A DNA stretch of 32,000 nt from Cupriavidus necator (GTDB lineage: Bacteria; Pseudomonadota; Gammaproteobacteria; Burkholderiales; Burkholderiaceae). Shown one piece after another: positions 24,108-32,000 of this stretch; position 1 is the first letter of the stretch; each line of letters starts with the position of its first letter. Below the pieces are notes generated by a model. That model worked only from the letters and a program-made list of their open reading frames with translations, was not told where the DNA came from and did no database searches. The position numbers and the translations under genes are program-made. The DNA lies in contig NZ_CP066019.1 of NCBI RefSeq assembly GCF_016127575.1, positions 2,580,001 to 2,612,000 of the forward strand. The letters run 5' to 3'.

Positions 24108-24397
24108 GCGAAGCGGCGCAAGACCGCGGCGCGGCGATCGCGCTGTCCTACCAGCACAGGGACAGGGCCCCGCGCGTGGTCGCCAAGGGCTATGGCGTGG
24201 TGGCCGAAGCCATCATCGCCCGCGCGCGCGAAGCGGGCGTCTATATCCACGATTCGCCCACCCTGGTGAATCTGCTGATGCAGGTCGACCTGGACAGCCA
24301 CGTGCCGCCGCAGCTCTATGTGGCCGTGGCGGAACTGCTGGCGTGGATCTACCACCTTGAAGCGGGCAGGGCCGCAGGCGCTGAAGCGCAGGCCTGA
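24104..24397 (+). CDS. stand-alone FlhB C-terminal-fragment homologue (EscU/YscU/FlhB C-domain only)
   Basis: AIALSYQHRDRAPRVVAKGYGVVAEAIIARAREAGVYIHDSPTLVNLLMQVDLDSHVPPQLYVAVAELLAWIYHLE aligns to the part of FlhB that follows the NPTH autocleavage site. There are no transmembrane segments and no NPTH. The ATGA start/stop overlap with the preceding FliK-like gene suggests translational coupling. Confidence 0.85.
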   Translation: MSEAAQDRGAAIALSYQHRDRAPRVVAKGYGVVAEAIIARAREAGVYIHDSPTLVNLLMQVDLDSHVPPQLYVAVAELLAWIYHLEAGRAAGAEAQA

Positions 24398-24420
24398 ACC
24401 GGCAGGCCTTCCTGACGACA

Positions 24421-24458
24421 AGAGCCCCTGGCCGCTTGCGCGCGCCAGGGGCTCTTTG
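24421..24458. terminator. bidirectional hairpin terminator between the convergent FlhB-fragment gene and fliE
   Basis: AGAGCCCCTGGC-(11 nt)-GCCAGGGGCTCT forms a 12-bp stem followed by TTTGCG on the plus strand. Confidence 0.7.
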
Positions 24459-24481
24459 CGTTCAGGGCAGGCCGGTGGGCT

Positions 24482-24805
24482 TTACACCGCCATATTCATC
24501 ATTTCCTGGTAAGCCGCCACCAGCCGGTTCCGCACCTGCACCCCGGTCTGGAACGACACATTGGCCTTCTGCAGGTCGATCATCACGTCATTGAGCGCCA
24601 CGCCGGGCTTGCCCAGCTCGAACGCCTCGGCCTGGCCGTAGGCGCGTTCCTGCGCGGCGTTTATGCGGCCCAGCGAGCGCTGCAGCTCGCCGGCAAAGCC
24701 GCCGCCGACCGGCGCGGCGGACTGGCTGGCACTGTTGCCCGAGGCAACCTGGGACATCCCGCGCAGTTGCTGCAGCATGCCCTCGATGGAAGAGATAGTG
24801 GTCAT
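24482..24805 (-). CDS. fliE: flagellar hook-basal body protein FliE
   Basis: The C-terminus GVALNDVMIDLQKANVSFQTGVQVRNRLVAAYQEMMNMAV is typical FliE. Start chosen at ATG 24805 (MTTISSIEGM); the GTG at 24829 is an alternative. Confidence 0.9.
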   Translation of the reverse strand: MTTISSIEGMLQQLRGMSQVASGNSASQSAAPVGGGFAGELQRSLGRINAAQERAYGQAEAFELGKPGVALNDVMIDLQKANVSFQTGVQVRNRLVAAYQEMMNMAV

Positions 24806-24846
24806 TTGGCTCGTCGTATGCCGGTCCACCGGCAGAGTTCGTCTTG

Positions 24847-24862
24847 TGGCGCGCCCCTTGCA
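24847..24862 (+). promoter_or_regulatory. sigma54-like -24/-12 motif in the fliE-fliF divergent region, pointing toward fliF
   Basis: TGGCGCGccccTTGCA has exact GG-N10-GC spacing and 11 of 12 fixed positions. It lies about 350 nt upstream of the fliF ATG, and flagellar class II genes in this family are usually described as FlhDC/sigma70-dependent. Confidence 0.3.
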
Positions 24863-25212
24863 TCACAGTGCAGCCTGCCGGCAGGCGGGCTTCAGGCGGT
24901 TCGCACCCAGTTTCAGCCCCCGCAGAGTACCCGCCGTCTCCGCGCTCCCATGGGCCGAAATCGGACAAAAAACCGCGTCTATTCGCCGGATTGTCGCGCT
25001 CAAGTCTGGCCGATCATTGCCACCGTGCCGGAAGAGCGCGGGCTGTCGTCCCGTGCTGGCTCCGGAAATCACCAGACAATCATCGATTCGGGAGTACGCG
25101 TGTTTTCTCTGCAGCGTAATGTGAGCCGTGCCGTGAGCCGCGCCGACGACCAAGGCGGTCAGCATCGCCCGTGCCGTCGCCAGCATCGCGGCGCCGGATC
25201 CGGAGCACGCGC

Positions 25213-26943
25213 ATGACCGCGACCGTGGCACTGCCCGGGCGCCCGGCAGAAGTGATCGAGCGCCTGAAGGCCAACCCGAAGCTGCCGCTGATGCTGGCCG
25301 GCGCCGCCCTGGCCGCGGCCATCGCGGTGGGCGTGCTGTGGTCGCGCAGCCCGGACTACAAGGTGCTGTACAGCAACCTGTCCGAGCGCGATGGCGGCGC
25401 GGTGCTGCAGTCGCTGCAGCAGATGAACGTGCCGTACAAGTTCGCCGAAGGCGGCGGCGCGGTCATGGTGCCGGCCGAGAAGGTGCATGAGACGCGCCTG
25501 CGCCTGGCATCGCAGGGCCTGCCCAAGAGCGGCACGGCCGGCATGGAGCTGATGGACAACCAGAAATTCGGCATCAGCCAGTTTGCCGAGCAGGTCAACT
25601 ACCAGCGCGGGCTGGAAGGCGAGCTGGCGCGCTCGATCGAGTCCATCGCCGCGGTGCAGTCCGCCCGCGTGCACCTGGCCATCCCCAAGCCGACGCTGTT
25701 CGTGCGCGAGCGCCAGAAGCCGACCGCGTCGATCGTGCTGCAGCTTTACCCGGGCCGCGCCATCGATGAAGGCCAGGTCGCTGCGATCAGCCACCTGGTG
25801 TCGTCGAGCGTGCCGGAGCTGACGCCCAAGTCGATCTCGATCGTCGACCAGCACGGCAACCTGCTGTCGAACACCGGCAACGAGCGCATGCTCGACGCGA
25901 CCCAGCTCAAGTACGTCCAGGCGCTGGAGCAGAACTACCTGAAGCGCATCGAAGCGATCCTGACGCCGATCGTCGGCAAGGACAACGTGCGCGCACAGGT
26001 GACCGCCGACGTCGACTTCTCCATCGTCGAGCACACCGACGAGAGCTACAAGCCCAACCAGGACCCGACCCGCTCGGCGATCCGCAGCCAGCAGACCAGC
26101 GAGTCGACCCAGCAGGGTGTCACGCCGCCGGGCGGCGTGCCCGGGGCGCTGTCGAACCAGCCGCCGGCTGCCGCCGCCGCGCCCGTGACCACGCCGCAGA
26201 CGCCGCGTGCGGGCCAGGCGCCGGGACAGGCCGGTGCTCCGGCTGCCGGGCAACCGGGACAGCCGGGGCAAGCTGCCCAGCCAGGTCAGGGCGCCCAGGT
26301 CGCCAATGCCACCGCTTCCAGCGGCCCCAGCAGCAATCGCCGCGACTCCACCGTCAACTACGAACTGGACCGCTCCGTGCGCCACGTGCAGCAGGCACCG
26401 GGCGGCGTGCGCCGCCTGTCGGTGGCGGTGGTGGTCAACTACCGTCAGCAGGCCGATGCCAAGGGCAAGCTCGTGGCCGAACCGCTGCCGCCGGCACTGC
26501 TGGCGCAGATCCAGAACCTGACCAAGGAGGCGATGGGGTTCTCGGCCGACCGCGGCGACTCCATCAACGTGGTCAACAGCCCATTCACCGCCGAGCGCGA
26601 GAAGGCCGCGCCCGAGGTGCCGCTGTGGAAGCAGCCCGACATGATCGAGCTCGGCAAGACCCTTGCGGGCTACCTGCTGCTGGCACTGCTGGCGCTGTTC
26701 GTGTGGTTCAAGGTGGCGCGCCCGGTCCTGCGCCGCTACACCTCGCCGCCGCTGCCGGCGCCGGAACCCAGGGACGAGACCGAGGCAGTGCTGCTGCCGC
26801 CGGACGAGCCCGCCAACCCGGAAATCCTGCGGCTTGCCGCCAAGTATGAAAGCGACCTCGCGCTGGTGCGCGACGCCGCACAGCGCGACCCGCGCCTGGT
26901 CGCCAGCGTGATCAAGAACTGGATTGCCAATGACAACCGCTAA
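25213..26943 (+). CDS. fliF: flagellar M-ring protein FliF
   Basis: Starts [43 protein letters not shown] and continues [34 protein letters not shown] lies 7 nt before ATG 25213. The ORF-track start at 25171 is an upstream GTG. Confidence 0.95.
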   Translation: MTATVALPGRPAEVIERLKANPKLPLMLAGAALAAAIAVGVLWSRSPDYKVLYSNLSERDGGAVLQSLQQMNVPYKFAEGGGAVMVPAEKVHETRLRLASQGLPKSGTAGMELMDNQKFGISQFAEQVNYQRGLEGELARSIESIAAVQSARVHLAIPKPTLFVRERQKPTASIVLQLYPGRAIDEGQVAAISHLVSSSVPELTPKSISIVDQHGNLLSNTGNERMLDATQLKYVQALEQNYLKRIEAILTPIVGKDNVRAQVTADVDFSIVEHTDESYKPNQDPTRSAIRSQQTSESTQQGVTPPGGVPGALSNQPPAAAAAPVTTPQTPRAGQAPGQAGAPAAGQPGQPGQAAQPGQGAQVANATASSGPSSNRRDSTVNYELDRSVRHVQQAPGGVRRLSVAVVVNYRQQADAKGKLVAEPLPPALLAQIQNLTKEAMGFSADRGDSINVVNSPFTAEREKAAPEVPLWKQPDMIELGKTLAGYLLLALLALFVWFKVARPVLRRYTSPPLPAPEPRDETEAVLLPPDEPANPEILRLAAKYESDLALVRDAAQRDPRLVASVIKNWIANDNR

Positions 26944-27940
26944 GGGCATCTCCGAATCCGGCCTGCAAAAGAGCGCCGTCCTGATGATGGCGATCGGCGA
27001 GGATGCCGCGGCCGAGGTGTTCAGGCACCTGTCGCAGCGCGAAGTGCAGGAGCTGGGCTCGGCCATGGCCACGCTCAGCTCGGTCACCCGCGAGGAAATG
27101 GCCGAGGTGCTGGGCGAGTTCCGCACCGAGACCGAGCAGTACCTGGCCCTGAACGTCGATTCCAATGCCTTTATCCGCAGCGTGCTGAACAAGGCGCTGG
27201 GCGAGGAACGCGCCCAGTCGGTGATCGAAGACATCCTGGAGTCGCGCGATCCGGGCGGCGGCATCGATTCGCTGAACTGGATGGACGCCACGGCCATTGC
27301 CGAGCTGATCCGCGACGAGCATCCGCAGATCATCGCCACCATCCTGATCCACCTGGACCGCCAGAAGTCGTCCGAGGTGCTGGCGCTGTTCACCGACCGC
27401 CTGCGCAACGACGTGATCCTGCGTATCGCCACCTTCGGCGGCGTGCAGCCGGGCGCGCTGCAGGAACTGACCGACGTGCTGACCAAGCTGCTGGCGGGCC
27501 AGAGCCTGAAGCGCAGCCGCATGGGCGGCGTGCGCACCGCGGCCGAGATCATCAACCTGATGAGCACCGCGCACGAAGAGGCTGTGATCGACGGCGTGCG
27601 CCTGCACGACGGCGACCTGGCGCAGAAGATCATCGACGAGATGTTCCTGTTCGAGAACCTGCTCGAGGTCGACGACCGCGGCATCCAGCGCGTGCTCAAG
27701 GAAATCGCCACCGAGTCGCTCATCGTCGCGCTCAAGGGCGCGCCGCAGGAACTGCGCGACAAGTTCATTCGCAATATGTCCACCCGCGCCGGCGAGATGC
27801 TGCGCGAGGACCTGGACGCGCTGGGCCCGGTGCGCGTGTCGCAGGTCGAGGCCGAGCAGAAGGCCATCCTGCAGGTGGTAAGGCGCCTGGCGGATGCGGG
27901 CGAAGTGCAGATCGGCGGAGGCGACGATGCCTATGTCTGA
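26930..27940 (+). CDS. fliG: flagellar motor switch protein FliG
   Basis: Contains [33 protein letters not shown] and the C-terminal [41 protein letters not shown] 26930 overlaps the fliF stop. Confidence 0.95.
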   Translation: MTTAKGISESGLQKSAVLMMAIGEDAAAEVFRHLSQREVQELGSAMATLSSVTREEMAEVLGEFRTETEQYLALNVDSNAFIRSVLNKALGEERAQSVIEDILESRDPGGGIDSLNWMDATAIAELIRDEHPQIIATILIHLDRQKSSEVLALFTDRLRNDVILRIATFGGVQPGALQELTDVLTKLLAGQSLKRSRMGGVRTAAEIINLMSTAHEEAVIDGVRLHDGDLAQKIIDEMFLFENLLEVDDRGIQRVLKEIATESLIVALKGAPQELRDKFIRNMSTRAGEMLREDLDALGPVRVSQVEAEQKAILQVVRRLADAGEVQIGGGDDAYV

Positions 27941-28745
27941 GGCAAACCCTGAGCGCGGCCAGGCCGCACGCCGCGCGCCGCGCGGCGACCCGCTCTCTTC
28001 CCTTGCCGGCAACGGCGCGGCCGCCGATCCTGGCGGCTTTGCGCCGTTCGAGCCCCCGCGCCGCGCGCGTGGCGGCGCGGCCGGCTGGCAGCGCTGGCAG
28101 ATGGGCTCGCTCGATCCCCGGGAAAGCGAGCCGCCCGAAGCCCTGGCCGCCATGCCATCCGAGCCCGCACCGCCGCCGATCGATTTCGAGGCGCTCGACG
28201 CGATGCGCGAAGGCGCGCGCAAGGAAGGCTATGCCCAGGGCTACACCCAGGGGCAAACCCAGGGCTACGGCGACGGCCACCGCGAAGGCTACGCCCGCGG
28301 CCTTGAAGCCGCACGCAACGAGGCCACGCAGCTGCAGGCGCTGGCCACCAACTTCCGCAGCGCGCTCGGCGGCGTGGACGACCAGGTCGCGCGCGCGCTG
28401 GTGTCGCTGGCGCTCGACGTGGCGCGCCAGCTGGTGCGCACCGCCCTGGCAAACGACCCCGCGGTGCTGCTGCCGGCCGTGCGCGAGCTGCTGACCAGCG
28501 AACCCGCGCTGTGCGGATCGCCCAGCCTGCTGCTGCATCCCGACGACGTGGCGCTGGTGGAAACCCACCTGCATGGCGAACTGGCGGCCGCCGGCTGGAC
28601 CGTGCGCGCCGATCCGTCGGTGGCGCGCGGCGGCTGCATCGCCAGCGCCGCCAGCGGCGAGCGCGATGCCACGCTGCCTACGCGCTGGACCCGCGTGGTC
28701 AAGGCGCTGGGCCGCGACGATCCATGGGAGCCGCCACATGCCTGA
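27927..28745 (+). CDS. fliH: flagellar assembly protein FliH
   Basis: Contains [44 protein letters not shown] and the C-terminal [15 protein letters not shown]. It lies between fliG and fliI, and a GGAGG precedes ATG 27927. Confidence 0.85.
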   Translation: MPMSEANPERGQAARRAPRGDPLSSLAGNGAAADPGGFAPFEPPRRARGGAAGWQRWQMGSLDPRESEPPEALAAMPSEPAPPPIDFEALDAMREGARKEGYAQGYTQGQTQGYGDGHREGYARGLEAARNEATQLQALATNFRSALGGVDDQVARALVSLALDVARQLVRTALANDPAVLLPAVRELLTSEPALCGSPSLLLHPDDVALVETHLHGELAAAGWTVRADPSVARGGCIASAASGERDATLPTRWTRVVKALGRDDPWEPPHA

Positions 28746-30213
28746 CGCCGCCGAGCAGGCCACGCCAGCGCCGGATCCCGCGCTGGCCCATGCGCAACGC
28801 TGGATCGGCGCGCTGGATAGCGCCGCGGCCGGCATCGCCGGGCTCGACAGCAAGCGCAGCTGCGGCCGCCTGACGCGCGCCGCGGGCCTGGTGCTGGAAG
28901 CCGTGGGCCTGCGCCTGCCGGTGGGCAGCGACTGCCTGATCGAGCTGCCCGCCGGGCAGTTCACCACCGACAGCAATGCCCCGCGCACCGCGGAAGCGGA
29001 AGTGGTGGGCTTTGGCGCCGACCGGCTCTACCTGATGCCGCAATCCGATGTGGTGGGCTTGCTGCCGGGCGCGCGCGTCTACCCGCTGGAACCATCGCCG
29101 CAGCCGGCCGGCATCACCACGCCGCGCGAGCCGGGCTCCAAGCGCCTGCCGGTTGGCGCCGGCCTGCTGGGCCGCGTGCTGGATGCCGCGGGCCGCCCGC
29201 TCGACGGGCTGGGCCCGATCACCGCCGCCATGGAGGTGCCGCTGGCCGGCGAGCAGATCAACCCGCTGATGCGCGCGCCGATCGAGACTGTGCTCGATAC
29301 CGGCGTGCGCGCCATCAACGGCATGCTGACGGTAGGACGCGGCCAGCGCATGGGACTGTTCGCGGGCTCGGGCGTGGGCAAGAGCGTGCTGCTCGGCATG
29401 ATGGCGCGCTATACCAGCGCCGACGTGATCGTGGTCGGCCTGATCGGCGAACGCGGCCGCGAAGTGAAGGAGTTCATCGAGAACATCCTTGGCCCCGAAG
29501 GCCGCGCACGATCAGTCGTGGTGGCCGCGCCGGCCGATACCTCGCCGCTGCTGCGCATGCAGGGCGCCGCCTATGCGACGCGGCTGGCCGAGTATTTCCG
29601 CGACCAGGGCCAGCATGTGCTGCTGATCATGGACTCGCTGACGCGCTACGCCATGGCGCAGCGCGAGATCGCGCTGGCCATCGGCGAGCCGCCGGCCACC
29701 AAGGGCTATCCGCCCTCGGTCTTTGCCAAGCTGCCGACGCTGGTCGAGCGCACCGGCAACGGCCCCGAAGGCGGCGGCTCGATCACGGCGTTCTACACGG
29801 TGCTGACCGAAGGCGACGACCAGCAGGACCCGATCGCCGATTCCGCGCGCGCCATCCTGGACGGCCATATCGTACTGTCGCGCAGCCTGGCCGAATCCGG
29901 CCACTACCCGGCCATCGACGTGGAAGCATCAATCAGCCGCGCCATGACCGCGCTGATCCCGGATGAGCAGTTCGGCTCGGTGCGTCGCTTCAAGCAGCTG
30001 ATGTCGCGCTACCAGCGCAACCGCGACCTGATCAGCGTAGGCGCCTATGTGCCGGGCAACGACCCGGAGCTGGACCTGGCGATGCGCCTGCACCCGCGCA
30101 TGGAAGCCTTCCTGCAGCAAGACATCCACGAGCGCGCCGGCTACGACGACGCCATCGCCCAGCTTCACAGCCTCTTCGACAGGAGTGAACATGCTCAAGC
30201 ATTCACCGCTTAA
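28738..30213 (+). CDS. fliI: flagellum-specific ATPase FliI
   Basis: Walker A is [13 protein letters not shown], Walker B is [12 protein letters not shown], and [35 protein letters not shown] follows. ATG 28738 overlaps the fliH stop. Confidence 0.95.
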   Translation: MPDAAEQATPAPDPALAHAQRWIGALDSAAAGIAGLDSKRSCGRLTRAAGLVLEAVGLRLPVGSDCLIELPAGQFTTDSNAPRTAEAEVVGFGADRLYLMPQSDVVGLLPGARVYPLEPSPQPAGITTPREPGSKRLPVGAGLLGRVLDAAGRPLDGLGPITAAMEVPLAGEQINPLMRAPIETVLDTGVRAINGMLTVGRGQRMGLFAGSGVGKSVLLGMMARYTSADVIVVGLIGERGREVKEFIENILGPEGRARSVVVAAPADTSPLLRMQGAAYATRLAEYFRDQGQHVLLIMDSLTRYAMAQREIALAIGEPPATKGYPPSVFAKLPTLVERTGNGPEGGGSITAFYTVLTEGDDQQDPIADSARAILDGHIVLSRSLAESGHYPAIDVEASISRAMTALIPDEQFGSVRRFKQLMSRYQRNRDLISVGAYVPGNDPELDLAMRLHPRMEAFLQQDIHERAGYDDAIAQLHSLFDRSEHAQAFTA

Positions 30214-30649
30214 TACGCTGGCTGACCTCGCCCAGAACGATACCGATGCCGCCGCGCGCGAGCTGGGCAGGCTGCAGGGACTGCGCACGCAGGCTGAGCA
30301 GCAGCTCAACCAGCTCACCGAGTACCGCCATGAGTACCGCGCGCGCATGCAGGTGGTGGCCGCCGAAGGCATGACCTCCAGCCGCTGGCAGGACTTCTCG
30401 CGCTTTCTCGATTCGCTCGACCATGCCATCCGCCAGCAGGGCGCGGCGCTGGCCAAGGCCGAAGCCGACCTGCTGGCAGGGCGCAACCACTGGCAGCACC
30501 AGAAGCGCCGCCTGAACTCCTTCGACACGCTGATCGCGCGCGCCGAAGCGAAGGAAGACCAGGTTGCCGCGCGCCGCGAACAGCGCGCCAACGACGAATA
30601 CGCAGCCCGCCTGGTCCGCACCACGGCCAGCCGCCTGAGCGAAGCCTGA
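30191..30649 (+). CDS. fliJ: flagellar export protein FliJ
   Basis: [53 protein letters not shown] is a coiled-coil FliJ pattern. An AGGAG precedes ATG 30191, and the gene overlaps the fliI 3' end. Confidence 0.85.
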   Translation: MLKHSPLNTLADLAQNDTDAAARELGRLQGLRTQAEQQLNQLTEYRHEYRARMQVVAAEGMTSSRWQDFSRFLDSLDHAIRQQGAALAKAEADLLAGRNHWQHQKRRLNSFDTLIARAEAKEDQVAARREQRANDEYAARLVRTTASRLSEA

Positions 30650-30674
30650 CCCGGGCCACACCCGTAGCCAACCC

Positions 30675-32000
30675 ATGATCGATATCAGCCAGATTGTCAG
30701 CAGCGCCGCCAATGCGGTCGAGGGCGCCAGGCGCGCCACCGCCGACGCAACCGCGAGCGGATTCGGCGACGCGCTGTCGCGCGCCCGCGAAAGCAGCAAG
30801 GCGCCCGCGCCGCCGGCCGGGGAAACCGCCGCGCGCGACCAGCCCGCATCGCGCCAGCCCGCGGCGCAGGCCGACGCCGGCAAGCCGCAGCCAGCCGCCG
30901 CGGCCGGCAAGAAGCCCGCGGCCGGCCACAAGGATGAAAACCAGGACCAGGATGACACCGCGGCGGCCACGCCGACGGATGCCGCAGCCGCTGCCGCAGC
31001 GGCCCTGGCACTGATGCTTCCCGCCGCAGCCCCGGCCAGCCCCGCTGCCGCGCCGGCCGGCGCGGCGGGTTCCGCCCTCGCCGGCGTTACCGACACCGGC
31101 GCCGCCGCACTGCAGGCGGCACTGGCAAATGCCGCGCAGCCGGCCACGGCAGATGCCCAGGCCGAGGCCATGCCGGCGGCCGCCACGCCGCTGCCGGACA
31201 CGCTGCAGGTCGTCACCACCGAAGCCCGGCCCGCACAGCCTTCGGTTGCCGAAACGCTGGCCACCATCGCATCCCAGCGCGCCGCGATGCAGGCCAGCGC
31301 CAGCGCAGGTACCGACGGCAAGGCCGGCACGGCGCAGGCCATCCCGGGCGACGTGCTGGCCGTCCAGCAGCAGGACGCCAGCGGCCAGTCTGCCGGCGGA
31401 TCGGGCAATCGCCCGGAAAGCGGCATCGCCCGGCACCGCGCCGATCCGCTCGCCGCCAACCCCGGCACGGCGGATGCCAGGCCCGTGGCAACGCCGTTCG
31501 CCGCCGCACAGGCTGCCGCCCGCACCGGCGAGGCTACCGCGGCCAGCCCCGACAACACACCAGCCGTGGCCGCCGCGCTGGCCGGCCAGGCTACCCCGTC
31601 GGCTACTGCAGCCGCTGCGGCCGCCCGTCCCGTGGTCACACCGCAGCTGTACGACAGCCAGTGGCCGCAGGCCCTCGGCCAGCAGATGATCCGCATGAGC
31701 ACGCAAGGCCAGCAAAGCGCCGAACTGCAGCTGAACCCGCCCGATCTCGGGCCGCTCAAGGTCGTGCTCAACGTGGTCAACGACCAGGCCCAGGCCCAGT
31801 TCGTCTCACCTCACCAGGCCGTGCGCGCCGCGGTGGAAGCGGCGCTGCCGCACCTGCGCACCGCGCTGTCCGAAAGCGGCATCCAGCTTGGACAGACTTC
31901 GGTGGGCGCAGACGGCTTTGCCAGCCAGACGGGCAATGGGAACGGGCAGCAACAGCAGGCACCGCGGAATGGGCGCGGGCAAACCAGCTTTGCTGCCGGC
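30675..32000 (+). CDS. fliK: flagellar hook-length control protein FliK (3' end runs off the right window edge)
   Basis: My own translation from ATG 30675 is MIDISQIVSSAANAVEGARRATADATASGFGDALSRARE..., followed by a long Ala/Pro-rich region. It then reaches QWPQALGQQMIRMSTQGQQSAELQLNPPDLGPLKVVLNVVNDQAQAQFVSPHQAVRAAVEAALPHLRTALSESGIQLGQTSV (Flg_hook-type domain). The frame is open to position 32000 and is absent from the ORF track because it has no stop. Confidence 0.85.
   Translation, partial: MIDISQIVSSAANAVEGARRATADATASGFGDALSRARESSKAPAPPAGETAARDQPASRQPAAQADAGKPQPAAAAGKKPAAGHKDENQDQDDTAAATPTDAAAAAAAALALMLPAAAPASPAAAPAGAAGSALAGVTDTGAAALQAALANAAQPATADAQAEAMPAAATPLPDTLQVVTTEARPAQPSVAETLATIASQRAAMQASASAGTDGKAGTAQAIPGDVLAVQQQDASGQSAGGSGNRPESGIARHRADPLAANPGTADARPVATPFAAAQAAARTGEATAASPDNTPAVAAALAGQATPSATAAAAAARPVVTPQLYDSQWPQALGQQMIRMSTQGQQSAELQLNPPDLGPLKVVLNVVNDQAQAQFVSPHQAVRAAVEAALPHLRTALSESGIQLGQTSVGADGFASQTGNGNGQQQQAPRNGRGQTSFAAG

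Noticed and set aside
25009-25016. GCCGATCA in the fliE-fliF spacer, which resembles the sigma28 -10 element GCCGATAA.
   Set aside because: No TAAA-like -35 element lies at the required 15-nt spacing; the sequence there is ATTG.
25100-25216. A 38-aa upstream ORF with GGGAG before a GTG. Its TGA overlaps the fliF ATG (ATGA), which suggests translational coupling.
   Set aside because: Third-position GC is about 63 percent by my count, far below real genes here. The sequence is Arg-rich with no features. This is probably a chance frame in the fliF leader.

Overview
High-GC (visibly about two-thirds G+C) betaproteobacterial DNA. Gene content and protein sequences look like Cupriavidus/Ralstonia-type Burkholderiaceae; this is inference and no search was run. 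The window has two parts.

(1) 1-17375: a regulatory and stress-type neighbourhood. In order it contains:
- a PRC-barrel protein and a Lys/Ala-rich disordered protein
- a degenerate histidine kinase plus an NtrC-type sigma54 response regulator
- a divergent receiver-less sigma54 activator
- a PAS hybrid kinase and a membrane-anchored SDR
- LigD (phosphoesterase-ligase-polymerase)
- a small secreted protein and a second hybrid kinase with a pseudo-receiver
- Ku, a BON-domain protein, a Gln/Gly-rich disordered protein and an MpaB/DUF2236-type oxygenase

(2) 18106-32000: a flagellar region.
- An Hfq-like Sm protein lies just upstream of a sigma28-type promoter.
- Then come fliC-flaG-fliD-fliS-fliT, an extra FliK-like protein and a free-standing FlhB C-terminal-fragment protein.
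- Then divergent fliE and fliFGHIJK (fliK runs off the right edge).

The parts are separated by an unusually AT-rich 0.7 kb spacer (17376-18105). It carries good intrinsic terminators for the minus strand, yet no minus-strand gene is present there.

The most interesting pattern I can read directly is a run of well-spaced RpoN (sigma54) -24/-12 motifs. Each is intergenic and points at its downstream gene. They lie in front of the stress-type small proteins, the receiver-less activator, the small secreted protein and possibly the SDR and BON genes. Two sigma54 activators are encoded in the same neighbourhood, and ligD and ku are embedded in it.

I saw no tRNA, rRNA, CRISPR array, IS element or integrase. 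All calls rest on reading the sequence and ORF translations by eye. No database search, PWM scan or folding calculation was possible.
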